This document shows, piece after piece, positions 1 to 12,295 of a stretch of 64,000 nucleotides of DNA; position 1 is the stretch's first letter; each line of letters opens with the position of its first letter. Below the pieces are notes generated by a model. The model did not search any database and was not told the origin of the DNA. It worked only from the letters and a program-made list of their open reading frames with translations. Made by a program: the position numbers and the translations under genes. Source of the DNA: Macrostomum hystrix (taxonomy: Eukaryota > Animalia > Platyhelminthes); assembly GCA_950097015.1 (NCBI GenBank), contig CATNEN010000038.1:33294001-33358000 (forward strand), given 5' to 3'.

Positions 1-1241
1 CATTGTAGAAAATTAGATTCGATTATATAAGCTATTAAATGTACAGAAAGGGTGACTCTAAGAATAGAAACATTGATGAAGCATTTAAAAAAGGTACCCC
101 AAAATTGAAAAAAATAATTTATAACATATTGTGTAAACAAAACTTGTGAAGTAGTATTTAAAATCATTAAAAAGTAATTTTCAAGCAAAAATTTAGCCAT
201 TTTTCACATTACAACTATCACTATTGGTGGTTTTCAGATTTTAGAAGAAATAAAAAGCCTATAGACTCCTCACTCCTTATTTTCCTGTTCAAATAATGAA
301 TGAATCTTAGTTAATATTCCCTTATTCTGTTGCCAAGCTAGCAAACCCTGGTTTTACCTTTTTTCTACTCTCTGTCCTAGTAGCTTCTTATGATTGACAT
401 ATGGCAGTTCAGTACTACAGTGAACACCATATTTGAAGTTACACACATGCTTTCTTACCATATTACTGAGTTAAGAGGAACATTATATAAAAATGATTTA
501 CATAATTGGTAAGCACTGTTTTGCCTCAGTTAAAAAATAATTGTTTGATAATTGTTTAATACCTTGTTTTAAATTCTAGTCCTCTGTGTTGCACTAGAGT
601 AATTTGGTATGGTATTGGCTATTATTTAGTGGCTATGTTAACTTCGTTATTTGACGTGAAATACAATATGCAAATTAACTACAAGCTTTTTTCAGGAATA
701 CATTTTTAGACACTGTGGAAAATGCAATATGGCACTCCTTGGGTAGCATGAATGGTTCCAGATGTCAATTTTCGAATCACAAGGTGTGGGCATTATTTAA
801 TCTCCAAATTTTAATCTTAAATCTAAAAACTGATTTCCTCCAGTTATATGTTCCATATCCTTGCTTGGGATTACATCAGCACATGTGTGCCATGCTCTTT
901 GACAACAAGCAAAAGTGTGCAGAATGTATATAAAATAACACTTATTTCATTAGGGACCATTATTGTGACAGAAAATTAATTTATATTAGAAAATATTACT
1001 AGATTTGGTTTTGCATGTTCAAAGAAATTGTATAAAAGCAAAAATTTGATATTTTGAATGAAAAACTTTAGTATGTAATAAAAATTATTAATGTAACATT
1101 ACAAAATATTGTTATAAACTAAAACTTAATTTAACAAGGCTTATCACTCTACTTTTCTCTCTTTTGGTATTGTAATCTTCTGGCCTCCTTTGTTACTTAT
1201 TTCTCTCTCTAACTCTTTGTATTCTCCTTTAAATCTTATCT

Positions 1242-1266
1242 TGGTGACCCTGAAAAGGGCCGTTTT
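1242..1266 (-). promoter_or_regulatory. Replication-dependent histone mRNA-type 3' stem-loop with purine-rich downstream element, no histone CDS upstream
   Basis: Minus strand reads AAAAC-GGCCCT-TTTC-AGGGTC-ACCA, one C>T (G.U pair) from the metazoan consensus, followed by AGATAAGATTTAAAGGAGAATACAAAGAG (HDE-like). Confidence 0.65.
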
Positions 1267-4200
1267 AACTCCACAACTCTTACACTGTGAGCGTCCCTTA
1301 AGGTAGCACTTTTGCACTGGCACGAGCGGTTTATCCTTCTAAGGCACTAGGTCTCTTATTCCCCAGTCTCAGCTGGGCGTTTCTCCAGTCTCAGCTGGGC
1401 ATTTCTCCAGGATTAGAGGGTCACAGCCTAAACCTCTGTCTTATCTCCACACTGGACAATATCTTCTTAATATATTAATTGACACAACAATTTCACTTAT
1501 TCAAAAGGTGGTACTCAGTTATTGCCTTTCTTAGGCTCACTGGCGAGGTATATTTTTAACAGCAAGATTTTCCTCATTTATATAGTGTTCTTAAAATTTG
1601 TTTTAATGTACAGTGTTTTCCTATAATAAAAAAATATTTATAGTATATGGCATATAAAATATATAGAGCAGAAAAAAAATAATTGAGATATACTGTATAG
1701 TGCAAAAATATTGAACTGTTACATTAACAGTTTAATTAAGTTAAATATAGTAACAAACTAAGACTAAACAGTAAAACAATGATATGAACTTGTAAACAAA
1801 GAAACAAATATTTATAATTTTGATGCAGCAAGAAATGAGGTTTACTATTTTGTTATTTAACACACAACAATTGTCTTTGAGGCCTTCAAGCCAACTGTGC
1901 TAAATTCATCAAAATGCTAAAGGAATATAGCCTGCTCAAGTCTTGTAAGATACACTTTAAAAACTTAATTTAAAAAAAGCACTATGTATTTTCAGCAATT
2001 CTTGCTTATTCCTAGAATTTAAAATTCTTTTTCAAGGCTTCAACAAAAAAGTATATGTTGAAACCAGTTGCACTCTAGTGTTACAAATATTTTTGTACAT
2101 CCTACATTATCCAGACAATATGCTATACAGAATGTATCAGATTCGGGTTTAGTTTAGAATATATAGCCTAGGCCGGGCTAGCTCTATTTAGAAAATAGAA
2201 TATATAAAATAAAGAAAATAGCAAGGGTCCAGAAAAAGCTTAGTTAAGAGCAAAAGAAATAAAAAATGGTTAGGCCTACATATAAATTTAGTATCATTAT
2301 TACAAGTACATTACTACATAGGAATAGGATAGGCCTAATTTCTAGTGATATGGCCTATTGTTTATTGTTAATACAGATATAATATTTTCAAATTTCAATA
2401 GCTAAGCCTACTGTCCACTGATAACTGATTAGTTTTTAATTTGGATTTATTGCAATAAATACATACCCTACTTCTGGTTTCTTCCGGTAACTTATATCAC
2501 AATAAAATTGTTCCAGTTTTAGTATGTTTATAAAACTGTCTATAAGCAATTAGCCCAGTTTTTCAAAAGTGCTAAGTTAAAAAAAGAAACCTATTATGTT
2601 CTATCTAGGCCTACAAACACTTTCTATAGAATGAACTTCCTATCATAGGATGACCACATAGTATTTAAGCCAGCCAGACATGTCATCAGGAATCAGGGTT
2701 TCTGGTCTTTATAGGCCTATCTGCTGCCATCTCATCTGCAATTTACTTGTCTTTAAAATAAACTTCACACAAACTTGTCTGCTATAAGAACATTTGAAAA
2801 AAGTCATTTTCTTGTATGGTTTTAATTGTCTCAAAAAATATCATATTGAAAAAAATGCATATGCAATAGGCCTGTACATAAGTGCATAATGATCAGGTGC
2901 CTTTATGTCTGTGTCACTTTCATTTGAAATACATCAAAACAGAGATTTGACACATTTTAAAGGCTTGTTCTCAGCGCCATCAAATCAAATGCTCTGTGCA
3001 AACTATTCATTTGCTCATGAATTTATTTACCTACAAATAAGTCAACTCATTTGTTGGCAGAAAAGATGGTGGCAGATAAAGAGACTGTAACCTGGGAATA
3101 AGGGCCACTGTAGTCTGTACAGGGCCCAGGAGTTTGGATATCATATGTTATTCATGGAAGAATAATTAATAATAAATATGATACAACTTAATTAGGCCTA
3201 GAGTAATATGGACCTAATCAAGATTAAGTCCTATTTTTATTGGGTGGGTGGTGTTGGCCTAGGCCCTAGCCTCTAGGGTATTCTGTGAGTAGGCCTACCC
3301 CAATATATAGCCTAGGAATCAGACACAATAACAATGTCAATAATGATGAATTAGGCCTACACTATAACAACAACAGCTAGATTTGTGCAATGAAACTACA
3401 GTTTTAGTTCATTTGATCATAAATAATTATAATATTTATATCTTAAATAGGCTAAAATCACAATAGTCGAATAGTTATTCTTCATTTTTAAACTAGGCCC
3501 CTATGAGCAAATTTTGTCACAAGACTCACAACTGCTTGGCATAGGCCTATAAGTTGATATGTTTACAGGTATGAATGAATCCATTTTGATCTTAAGGTAT
3601 GGCAGTGCGCATGACCGATTACGAAGATATGCGAAGGAGCAGAACAATAAAATTACGAATCGATATGGTCCGATAGATAATTATGCTTGGTGGTCTGATT
3701 TGCTTTCGAAAGCCAATTTGTTTCTTTGAAAACCTTTAGGAGGTTGGGAATTGTTTTTAAAACGCCTTTGCAATTAAAAGCATTAAAGCACAGTACTCAA
3801 ATTTGTAGCTAAAATTTACAAATTTGAGTTTTTTAACCATACAGACCTTGTATTTTGTTAATCTGTGGGTTTTAATTAGAACTGTTTTAATTCAAAATTA
3901 TTTAATGGCTAGCCAAGGACTATCTTGAAGCCTATTGGAGTATTGAAGCCTATAGATTCAATACTATTGAAGCCAGGGACCAAAGCCACTCCTATTAGTG
4001 GTCCTTGATTGAAGCACAGCTGAGCTGTGCACTTTGGAATGTTGTCGAGTTAGGCGGTAGAAAGCGAGCATTTTGGAAAAAGTCGTCTCGGATCCTGATT
4101 AATTAATTAAGAAATCCTAATAAATGGCAGGTTGTACTGCACAGAGTGCTTAGTTAGTACTGCGCTGTGCACGATCTTGCAGACTGTAGTGTCAGAAACG

Positions 4201-4395
4201 CTTCTTAGTAGTAAGAAATATAATTCTACTTTGCATAGGGGAAAAATAGTTTTGTGACAAAAAACTGGTTTGCCTCGCTTCTTAAGCTTTGCAAATCTTC
4301 ATTCCTCCTTTCTGACTCTCCCTTTTGTCACTTAAATTGTTTAGCTTATGAATATTCAGTCGAATAAAAAAGTATCGAGTCAGATAAAAATAGCT

Positions 4396-5752
4396 TTAAA
4401 AAATAGCTTTAAAATTCCATCCAGCGCGCCTATCCTGGCGCAGATGACGAAGGATGTGATCGGGGCCCCTGGTCCTGCCTGGGCCAGTGCGGGAGCTGGC
4501 TGCTCCGTGCAGCCTCGCGAGCTGGTCCGCCTTCGTGTTTTCTGGGAAGCCCGCGTGTCCAGAAATCCAGTTCAGCACCATCAAATTGAGTCTCCAAATG
4601 TGGCCATTCAGGTGGGCCACAGCTGTACGGTTCCGGATCATATACGAAGCCGTATAATATGTCCGGATCATGGTTGCAAAGCTGGAACTGTTCTGTTGCA
4701 ACTAGTCGCCTATGGCCGGAGAGAGACTTTCCATGCAGGCGTTAGGCCCCCTTTATCGATCTCTAGCTGTCACGCGGAAGCGGGCGTGGCGGCTGGAAGC
4801 GCTTAATAGAACGAGCAAATCCGGCGCCTCAGGCTCCGAGTCCTACTCAGCCTGCAGCCGATAACTACCTGACTAGGTAGGCTAATGATCGAGGTGGCCG
4901 GGACTCGTTTGCGGATTCGAGAATAAATAAATCGGTGATTGACTGAGGCAAGGAATTCGGTCCCGTAAAATTGCTGGAGATCCAAGTATTTAAGCGATAG
5001 AACACAAGAGTCGTCTATGGAATTAAGCCATATGGTTAAGTATGGCCGCCGCGGACTGAAGGTAGTCTTAGTAGCCAGCGCCCAGTAAGCTCCTTTGTGG
5101 AGTGTCCAAAGCAGCTCAAACTCAGGTGGCGTGCCCTCCAGTGAGGGGATCACCCACCGAATCCCTGCCCGCTTTACCAGGAACCGCTGAAGGCCGTATC
5201 GCTGTAACAGGCGGGCCTTGGTGACTGGGTTTGAGACTGCGCAGAGCATGCTTTGGTAGTCTGTCCGTAGAGACAGGCCCTTGTGTTTAGTGCTCGCCGG
5301 GTGCTGACGCCCTGGGGCGTCCTGCCGAAGGGCGTGGCGCTTGTGGCTCCTGTTTAGTGGCTGACCTTTAAAAATACGCAAGTGCACTTGGGGGTCATTA
5401 GAGCAGCCGTCTTAAGACGGGCTACCGGTCTGTCTCCCTCCATTTGCGGTCAGACCAAGGGTCATCCGGCTCGTCCTTCCAGCGTGCACCCAGCTCTTCG
5501 GGGCTGGGCCGCCGCGGACTGATCCAGCAAGTGAGGTGCGGGCCTCTAGAGCTCCGCTGAATGTTTAAACTGAATATTGTGGAAAGCTCCTTCGATTTCC
5601 AGGAGGAGCATAGCCGAATCCCAGCACTGCTCGTTCCAGTGCTCCACAGACATGAAGGGCGCTCTCGGTTGACCGGCCTGCCGGGAAGGCGTGCTGGTTG
5701 CGTGAGAACGCGTAGGCGCCAGAGCGCCAACCTCTGAAAGAGCTTGAGACAC
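4396..5752 (-). mobile_element. Degenerate non-LTR retrotransposon (RT + RNase H; I/LOA/R1-group-like), fragmented
   Basis: Broken minus-strand ORFs carry RT motif LLLEIEGAFHNI (cf. LDIEGAFDNV), a KYL(G)-like motif, and RNase H motif LNWISGHAGFPENTKADQLAR (cf. WVPGHxGxxGNExADxLA). Multiple frameshifts. Confidence 0.8.
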
Positions 5753-6247
5753 GACGTCAGGCTAACCGAGCTGTATGCCTTGACCGTCAGATAGACGCCT
5801 TAATTAGTGGGCTTTGGAAGAAAAAAAACGCGAGCCGACCGATTTAGCTTTGCCGACCAGGGAAGCGGACCCACGCGGGGCGATCCTTTAAGAATCCGGA
5901 AGCCAGTATGTGGAATACTAAAGCTGGAAATGAGGTCAGGGAGGTGGCTTCAGCGCTGATTTTAGTACTTTGCCTTTGCACTATCGAGTAGCACGATGGT
6001 CGCTCGCGGAAACAGGCACTCATTTAAGACGGCGTTATTTTAAATCAGGAGTAGATTGTAAAGCTTATACTCGAGGCAACTAGAGGCCGACAGAAAAAAA
6101 GTTGTTGGTGACAATAGACGCATTGTCGTGTCAATTCTGTCCAATAGAAGAGACATAAAATATAGCTATTTTTTCTGGGGGTATTTATGGAGTTGATTCA
6201 TACACGCGTATGCTACTATCCACGAATGAAAACCCATCCTTGAAGAA

Positions 6248-7162
6248 ATGAGACAAGTTTTGCCTTTCATTATGTGCGCAACTCTTTGTTGCTGCAGTCC
6301 AGCTTCAACGGAGCAGTTCTTTGAGCTTCAGAAGCTGAATGGCTGTCCTGAATGCTTGCAGTCCCTGCCGGACAAGACTGTCATACCCATTGGAGAATGC
6401 TGGACAACAAAGGTGCAGAGAGATTTGGAACCTGCTATAACAAAACCAGTGAGTCAAATTCTTGTCGACGTCGGTGTTGGCACCTGTCATCTGCTGATCA
6501 ACGGCTGCCCATTGAAGTGCTTGCCGTCGTCGCTGAGCCTTCAGTCGTGGCTGCCGTGTAGTATTCCAGTGCAGTGGCATCTCATCTACACAATCAAAGC
6601 CGAAGTCGGTGTCAAAGCCTGGGATTCTTTTACAACTGCGTCCGGCAACGCCTACGCAATCACCATGGAAACCGAGAGTTCCGTAGGGCAGCCAGATATT
6701 TTTCGATCAGATCTACTCGATAATCTAAATAGCCTGACAAACTTGCTGAATAGGCGCGAAATTCAGCTGATTGTGTACAAAGCCAGCGTGCCTGTCATGA
6801 AGCTGACATTCGATGGCTCGCAGCCGAGTCTCAATGCCCAGAGCTGGTTCAGCAGCGCCCATTTAAAGTCTAGCTGGCCGGTCATGGATATTGCAGAAAG
6901 GGCGTTTAACATCTTCTCCGTCGTTGGTCACGTGTCTACTGCACCCGGATGGACGCACGAGCGTCGATTCTTCATCAATTACAACTACGGTGGGTGCCCT
7001 AGCGACACGGGCGTGCTCATGGTGATGGACATTGACGACGTGTGCAGCTTCGCGAGTGGCAACTTTACTGCTGCACCAAGGATTCTCTACACGGTCAGCT
7101 CCGTTGGGCTCTGGCAGACTGAAGTTCAGCGAGCTGACCGCATCTCTATTTTTGTTGCCTGA
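6248..7162 (+). CDS. Intronless secreted protein (304 aa), Cys-rich N-part plus uncharacterised invertebrate extracellular domain
   Basis: ATG-to-TGA ORF with hydrophobic signal peptide (MRQVLPFIMCATLCCCSPAS). C-terminal motifs TFDG..WFS..L.SSW..FNIFSV.G..RRFFINYNYGGCPSD.G resemble a domain I recall from uncharacterised lophotrochozoan/cnidarian proteins. Confidence 0.75.
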   Translation: MRQVLPFIMCATLCCCSPASTEQFFELQKLNGCPECLQSLPDKTVIPIGECWTTKVQRDLEPAITKPVSQILVDVGVGTCHLLINGCPLKCLPSSLSLQSWLPCSIPVQWHLIYTIKAEVGVKAWDSFTTASGNAYAITMETESSVGQPDIFRSDLLDNLNSLTNLLNRREIQLIVYKASVPVMKLTFDGSQPSLNAQSWFSSAHLKSSWPVMDIAERAFNIFSVVGHVSTAPGWTHERRFFINYNYGGCPSDTGVLMVMDIDDVCSFASGNFTAAPRILYTVSSVGLWQTEVQRADRISIFVA

Positions 7163-7904
7163 ATTGATCAAGCTATACGTTCATAACGAGTACCTACAGG
7201 AATCGACAGGTCGACGTAGAAGCAATGTCAGGATTTAATAAGACATGGTTATGCTTCTAGACAGAATTTACATTGAAATATTATTTCTCTACATACACAA
7301 ACAACTTTCTTTCTAGAGATTAGCTTGTGTAGAAACGTCCGTCTCTGCCATGACTTGTGCAATTATAGTTAGGGCAAAAAACGACCGTTTCAAAAAATGA
7401 TCCTTCTTACGACCTTTCTTGTTTGGCTGTCTGTAGATAATTTATTTTTTATTTGAGAAAGTTTAATTCAACTGACCGAGCAAAAAATCAATCGAAAGTT
7501 ACAAAGTTACAATCGAGAGTTTTTTATGTAAAAGTTTTAGGAAAATGTGGCCTGAGTCAGACATTAAGAATTTTTTCTCTTTGAAATCCATTTTGACAAT
7601 TAATTTCTTTTTCAGCAATTCCACTTTAAATCTAATAGTTTTTCTATTGATTGTCAATGCGCAGACGATGTCAATGTGAGACCAGTCGTTGATTTTTACC
7701 AATAGGTTGAATTGATTAAATCCAACGCAAGAGCACGTCAAACACAAAATAATATAAGTTCACAAATTTACCTTTCCTTATCAAAACAAGTAAAAATAAA
7801 CTTATCACACCGAAAAAAGTGACTTTTTCGACGTGGTTATGACTGTGTTTTTTCTTGTGTGCTTTCTTGTGGTGTGTAACTACAGTTTTGCTTGCATAAT
7901 CTTT

Positions 7905-8120
7905 GTTGGACAAGCCTGCATGCATGGGATTGGGTTTTTTTTAAGGTTTGAAATCAGACTTTTCTTCGCGGAAGTGTAGATTCTGCCTCGATTGATGAAA
8001 AGTTTTTTTTCTTTATTTTTGTTGGACAAGCCTGCATGGGATTGGGTTTTTTATAGGTTTGAAACCAGACTTTTCTTCGCGGAAGTGTAGATTCTGCATC
8101 GATTGATGGAAAGTATTTTT
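7905..8120. repeat. Direct duplication of ~115 bp (2 copies)
   Basis: gttggacaagcctgcatg...ttttcttcgcggaagtgtagattctgc..tcgattgatg occurs at ~7905 and ~8021. Confidence 0.7.
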
Positions 8121-8589
8121 TCTTGCTTCCGCATTTAGTCAATCAATTTTTTCTTACGAAACATGTTGCCTTTAAAAACACGCACACTAAAAGCACTATA
8201 TATAACTTTTAAGTCGTAGAAGTCAATTCGTTATTTTTATAGAAATCGTCATAACTGTGGTGCCGGTGTCTCTTGCCTTGTGGTTTTGTTAGGCCTTCCT
8301 CACCCAGCGCCGTCTTGGCTCAGAGTGCCCGGTGCCGCCATCTGATTGGCTTGGCGCGGGCGTTGTGTGCCTATCCTACCCCAGCCCTGCGTGGCTTTGC
8401 CCTCACGCCAATCAGCTCTGCGTAGCTTTGCCCGTCCACCCGTCCAGCGCGTACAACCCTACCCCCCCAGCGCGCTGTAGGCTTTGTTTGTGCTCCGCCC
8501 CTGTCTGCCCCCTTGTCAGCCCTTAAGGTATCGTTTTCTGCCCGGGCCAAGGCTACCGCTCTCCCCCCTTGCGAACTTTAAAAGATCGT

Positions 8590-8633
8590 GCCGTAAAGAC
8601 GGTCTCTTACGGCGAAGGCTCAATTTATTGCAT
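8590..8633 (+). other. Flatworm spliced-leader exon-like sequence inside the LTR
   Basis: GCCGTAAAGACGGTCTCTTACGGCGAAGGCTCAATTTATTGCAT(A) has the GCCGT-loop-ACGGT 5' stem of flatworm SLs. It matches my recollection of the Macrostomum SL except ~2 internal substitutions and terminal ATG>ATA. No GT donor follows. Confidence 0.75.
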
Positions 8634-8949
8634 AGCGAAGTGATTATTGACGAGTGATTCCGAGCGTATGGTTTATTTAAGTGCAAAAATTGCCGACAAA
8701 TACATTCAGCGTCATCCTGCCATCCTATCGTGCGTCCCGACCGGTAAGCACTGTATTTGTGTCTGTCCTTTCGGGGTGCTAGGTCCGCACGGAGTACTGT
8801 AATAATCTTAGAAGTACTGTGTGAGCGTCCTAACGCCACCAGTCCCTGACTGCAACAGAGCGTCCTAACGCCTGGTTCAGTGATCGATAATATTTTACTT
8901 AATAGGGCTGTGGGCCGGGGATCTCAAACCGACCACTGTCACTACAAAT

Positions 8950-8967
8950 TGGCGCCCGAACGGGGAC
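8950..8967 (+). promoter_or_regulatory. Primer-binding site complementary to tRNA-Lys 3' end
   Basis: TGGCGCCCGAACGGGGAC, 17/18 to the canonical tRNA-Lys PBS TGGCGCCCGAACAGGGAC, directly after the LTR's terminal CA. Confidence 0.85.
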
Positions 8968-11900
8968 ACGGTCCCTCATTACCGATAGCAACTATTTGTC
9001 TCAGCGAGCATCAAGCGGCCTCATTCAGCATCAACTGGGTCAACGAGAGTGCCAGCTATTGTTCTCTGTCTAGACTCACCTACGCCTAGCCTGACAGAAC
9101 TTTAATGTAAGTCATGGGAGATCAAGCCATGGACGATCTGATCAACGAAGCTTTGCAAAACTTAACCATTAATTGATCTTTTATAATAGTTAATAAATTT
9201 ACAAAGTCACTATTGCTTTAGGGCATGCAGTATATGTGCAGATTTGCAAAACTGTGTACACGTAATGCGCACTACAAAAATAAAAATAATCGCCTGTCGT
9301 CGAAGGAAGAAGCAAATGACGATCGTGCCGATCGCGACATGATATATCAATATGGTGGTGAAATCCAATTAAAAACACTATAATTCTCGCGTATGCGTTC
9401 GGTAAATTTCAAACATCAATGCTCAAGCAGCCATCTGTGTAGCGGGCTGTCGCGTCGTCATGCAATGCATGAATATATATAATAGCTGCTCATGCAGCGA
9501 ACAAAACTACATAGTTTTCACTACATAACCACAGCAATAACATGCACAATTAGATGGTAAATCTGCACAATCCATCGCATGGGACAGGATCACCCCAGCA
9601 AAAAATGGCACTCAGAATATAAGCGGATTTCGATCGGATTTCTGCAGGCAATCGGAATGTTTGCGGAATACATTGTATCGTAAAAAACTTGTTATTCTTT
9701 TAATAGCTAGGCGATTCATGTTATTTCTAAGTAACCCTTTTTAATTAATACAGACAATTGTATAAAAAAGAGTCATATTTTAACATATCAATATATATTT
9801 ACAAATAAGGGGTTAATTAATTTGCGTTTATACAAGCTCGAAACTGCAGTTGTAAATAATATTAGCAAAAAACGCATCATTTGCTCAAGACTATATGAAG
9901 AGATAGGCGGGGAAGGCGCACTACGATAGCTGATCGAATTGATCGAATTGGCCGGGTCGGGCATGGCGTGACATTCATAAGGCCCGCGCACAACTTTATA
10001 CAATACGCACCCACGTTCTGAGCATGATACAAATTCCCCCATCCCCTCAAAACTGTCCCAACAAAGTGTCCGTTGTTGTTGTTAAACGGCCTCGTCCAAT
10101 CTGGACTGCAGGTCAGCCCTTTGTGGGGGCTCTACTGCTGTATATATTTTCTATACTTGTATTAAAACATCTCTATTAAAATATAAATGTAAAAGTAAAA
10201 AATAGTCATTCAGAAATTTATATATTTTAGAAGGTCCGAAGTTTGGGTTCGAATAAAAATAAAAGAAATAGATCGAGGGAAAATTTGCGATAGGTAAATC
10301 AAGTAACTAGGCATGCAATGAATATTTGGGCACTGAGCCATGGTGTTAAAAGTGGTTAGAACATGAGATTAATTAGAATACTGAATTTAGTATTCAGTAT
10401 TTTGGTAATTGCATAGTGGGGTTAAAAGAGAGATAGAAATAAAAGTGTCCGTTAGGACGATATAAAAGCTTTTTTATTGTTGCTACGTACTGCAAAAACT
10501 TCAAGCATTAAGAATTCGTAACTATAAATTACAACAACCAAACAACCAAAGATTAGGTCACTTTTTCACTTGCAAATAGAGCATTTTATTTATAATAACA
10601 ATGTTTCTCTTTCAATTTTCTTAAAATACATCGACAAATTAAAAAAATGAATTGGTCACACGTGAAGGTACAAATCAGCTATTTCATCAGCGCCCACGGC
10701 AACCGGCTAGCCAAGCCAAAAGCTAGCAATATCGTCGGGCTAACCGGAAGGAAAGCGCGCTCTTGAGCTCTCGCTTCCTTATAGTATAAAGATATCTTGT
10801 GTAAATTATTATTAATAAGTTTTGTTATAGGAATATAGCTTAGTATAATAAAGCGGCTTTATTTTCATATCATATTAAACAAACCTAATTAATTTCGTTT
10901 AGTTTAGTTAAGTCAACTAGTTTTGACTTTTGAACAATGGAATTAATTTTTATGAAAATTCAGCATTAGGCCCTACGGTAGTTTTGTTATTTATATTATT
11001 AAACTAAACTACTAGTTGTGCTGAAACTAGGCCTACTATAGGGCCTAGCTAAACATATAAACAAGGTCCTATAATAAGTACCAAAAATATTTTTATTTAA
11101 AGGAATATTTCTTTTATAAACTACCAAAAGGACTTGTCATTTTAAATAAATTAAAACTTGTTCATTGAAATGTCTTTTGTCACCAAAACAACAGGCACCC
11201 GTTTTAATACAGAAGACAGACAGGAATGTCATTTAAGTGTAATATATTATGTGTGAGCTTAAATGTTACAAGCAGCTGGCTAAGTAAATATTGTTTTAAT
11301 AATTAATGGTCATTCCTACCTAATTTAAAGGCCATTAAAATCAAATAAAAGTAATTTAATCCTACAATTTGTGGTTTTTATTTAAATATATTTTAAGGGT
11401 CCTCAAATTATATCATTTTTTAGGAATGTAAATTTGTGATTGCAAATTGCAATATAATAGTGTAGGACCAAGACCACCACAGCTGGGATCAAGGTATGGA
11501 GGGGGGATAACTGATAGTCTACTAGGATAGGGTGGTTAGATTTTAGATTTGCTGCTAGGAGTCTAACAAGCGCTCAAGAGCCAGTCAAGCAATTACATTT
11601 CAATTCCACAGCAAAAACTAAAAGTTTCTTAGGCTCTTGCTTTTAGACTCTAAGCTGGTAAAAATTTATTTCTCTGTAGAAATTTTAGAAGATACTTAAG
11701 ACACAAATATAGTTACAAAAATTATATACCTAGGTTTCATATATTACATTTCCTACTATAAATTTACATTTTCAAAAATAATATACTATTAAGAATCTAT
11801 ATTTATGGCCCCTAAGTATTATAAAGTACTTGAAAGTCTTAGAAGCAAAATGTTAAAAATAAATTAAAAAGTGATGACATTTTTTGGTCAAATTATTATA

Positions 11901-12295
11901 ATTATTACTCTTTAAGTAATTAAATAAGTTAGTTTATCTACTATGTCAATATTATCAGTTTTTTAATATTACTAAATCTGAGAAGTAGTGCTATATACAG
12001 GCTCTGATTTCTTGCACTTAGCTATAGTTTTACAAATAATAAAATGTTTGTTTTTTGAATAGCTAATTAAATAGTTTTAGCTTAGTGTGCTCTTGGCACA
12101 TTATTTATATGTGAACTAAGTTTACTTTTTAAATCATCACTTGTAGCTGTAGAAAAATATAAAAACATAAAGAGCACTTTATTGGTTAATGGTTTCTTTA
12201 TTATAATAATTGTAGGAGAGCTGCTGGCAATAGTCATATTATCAGTTGATAGTTGACCTGTAGCCAACAAGGAGGCAGTTCTTTCAATTTTGCTG

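Larger units (their letters stand above)
8256..9176 (+). mobile_element. 5'-LTR (8256-8946) of an LTR retrotransposon with PBS and truncated internal start
   Basis: Termini TGTGGTG...CACTACA (imperfect inverted repeat), followed after 3 nt by a tRNA PBS. A short ORF 9114-9176 (MGDQAMDDLINEALQNLTIN*) may be a truncated gag start. No second LTR in the window. Confidence 0.75.

Noticed and set aside
1267-1460. Histone CDS upstream of the stem-loop
   Set aside because: No convincing H2A/H2B/H3/H4/H1 peptide on manual minus-strand translation.
1-3600. Coding exons in the AT-rich left end
   Set aside because: Only short ORFs without recognisable homology; probably intron/outron of a gene outside the window.
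8590-8700. A true SL RNA gene
   Set aside because: No GT donor after the leader, terminal ATG is ATA, no clear Sm site, and it is embedded in an LTR.
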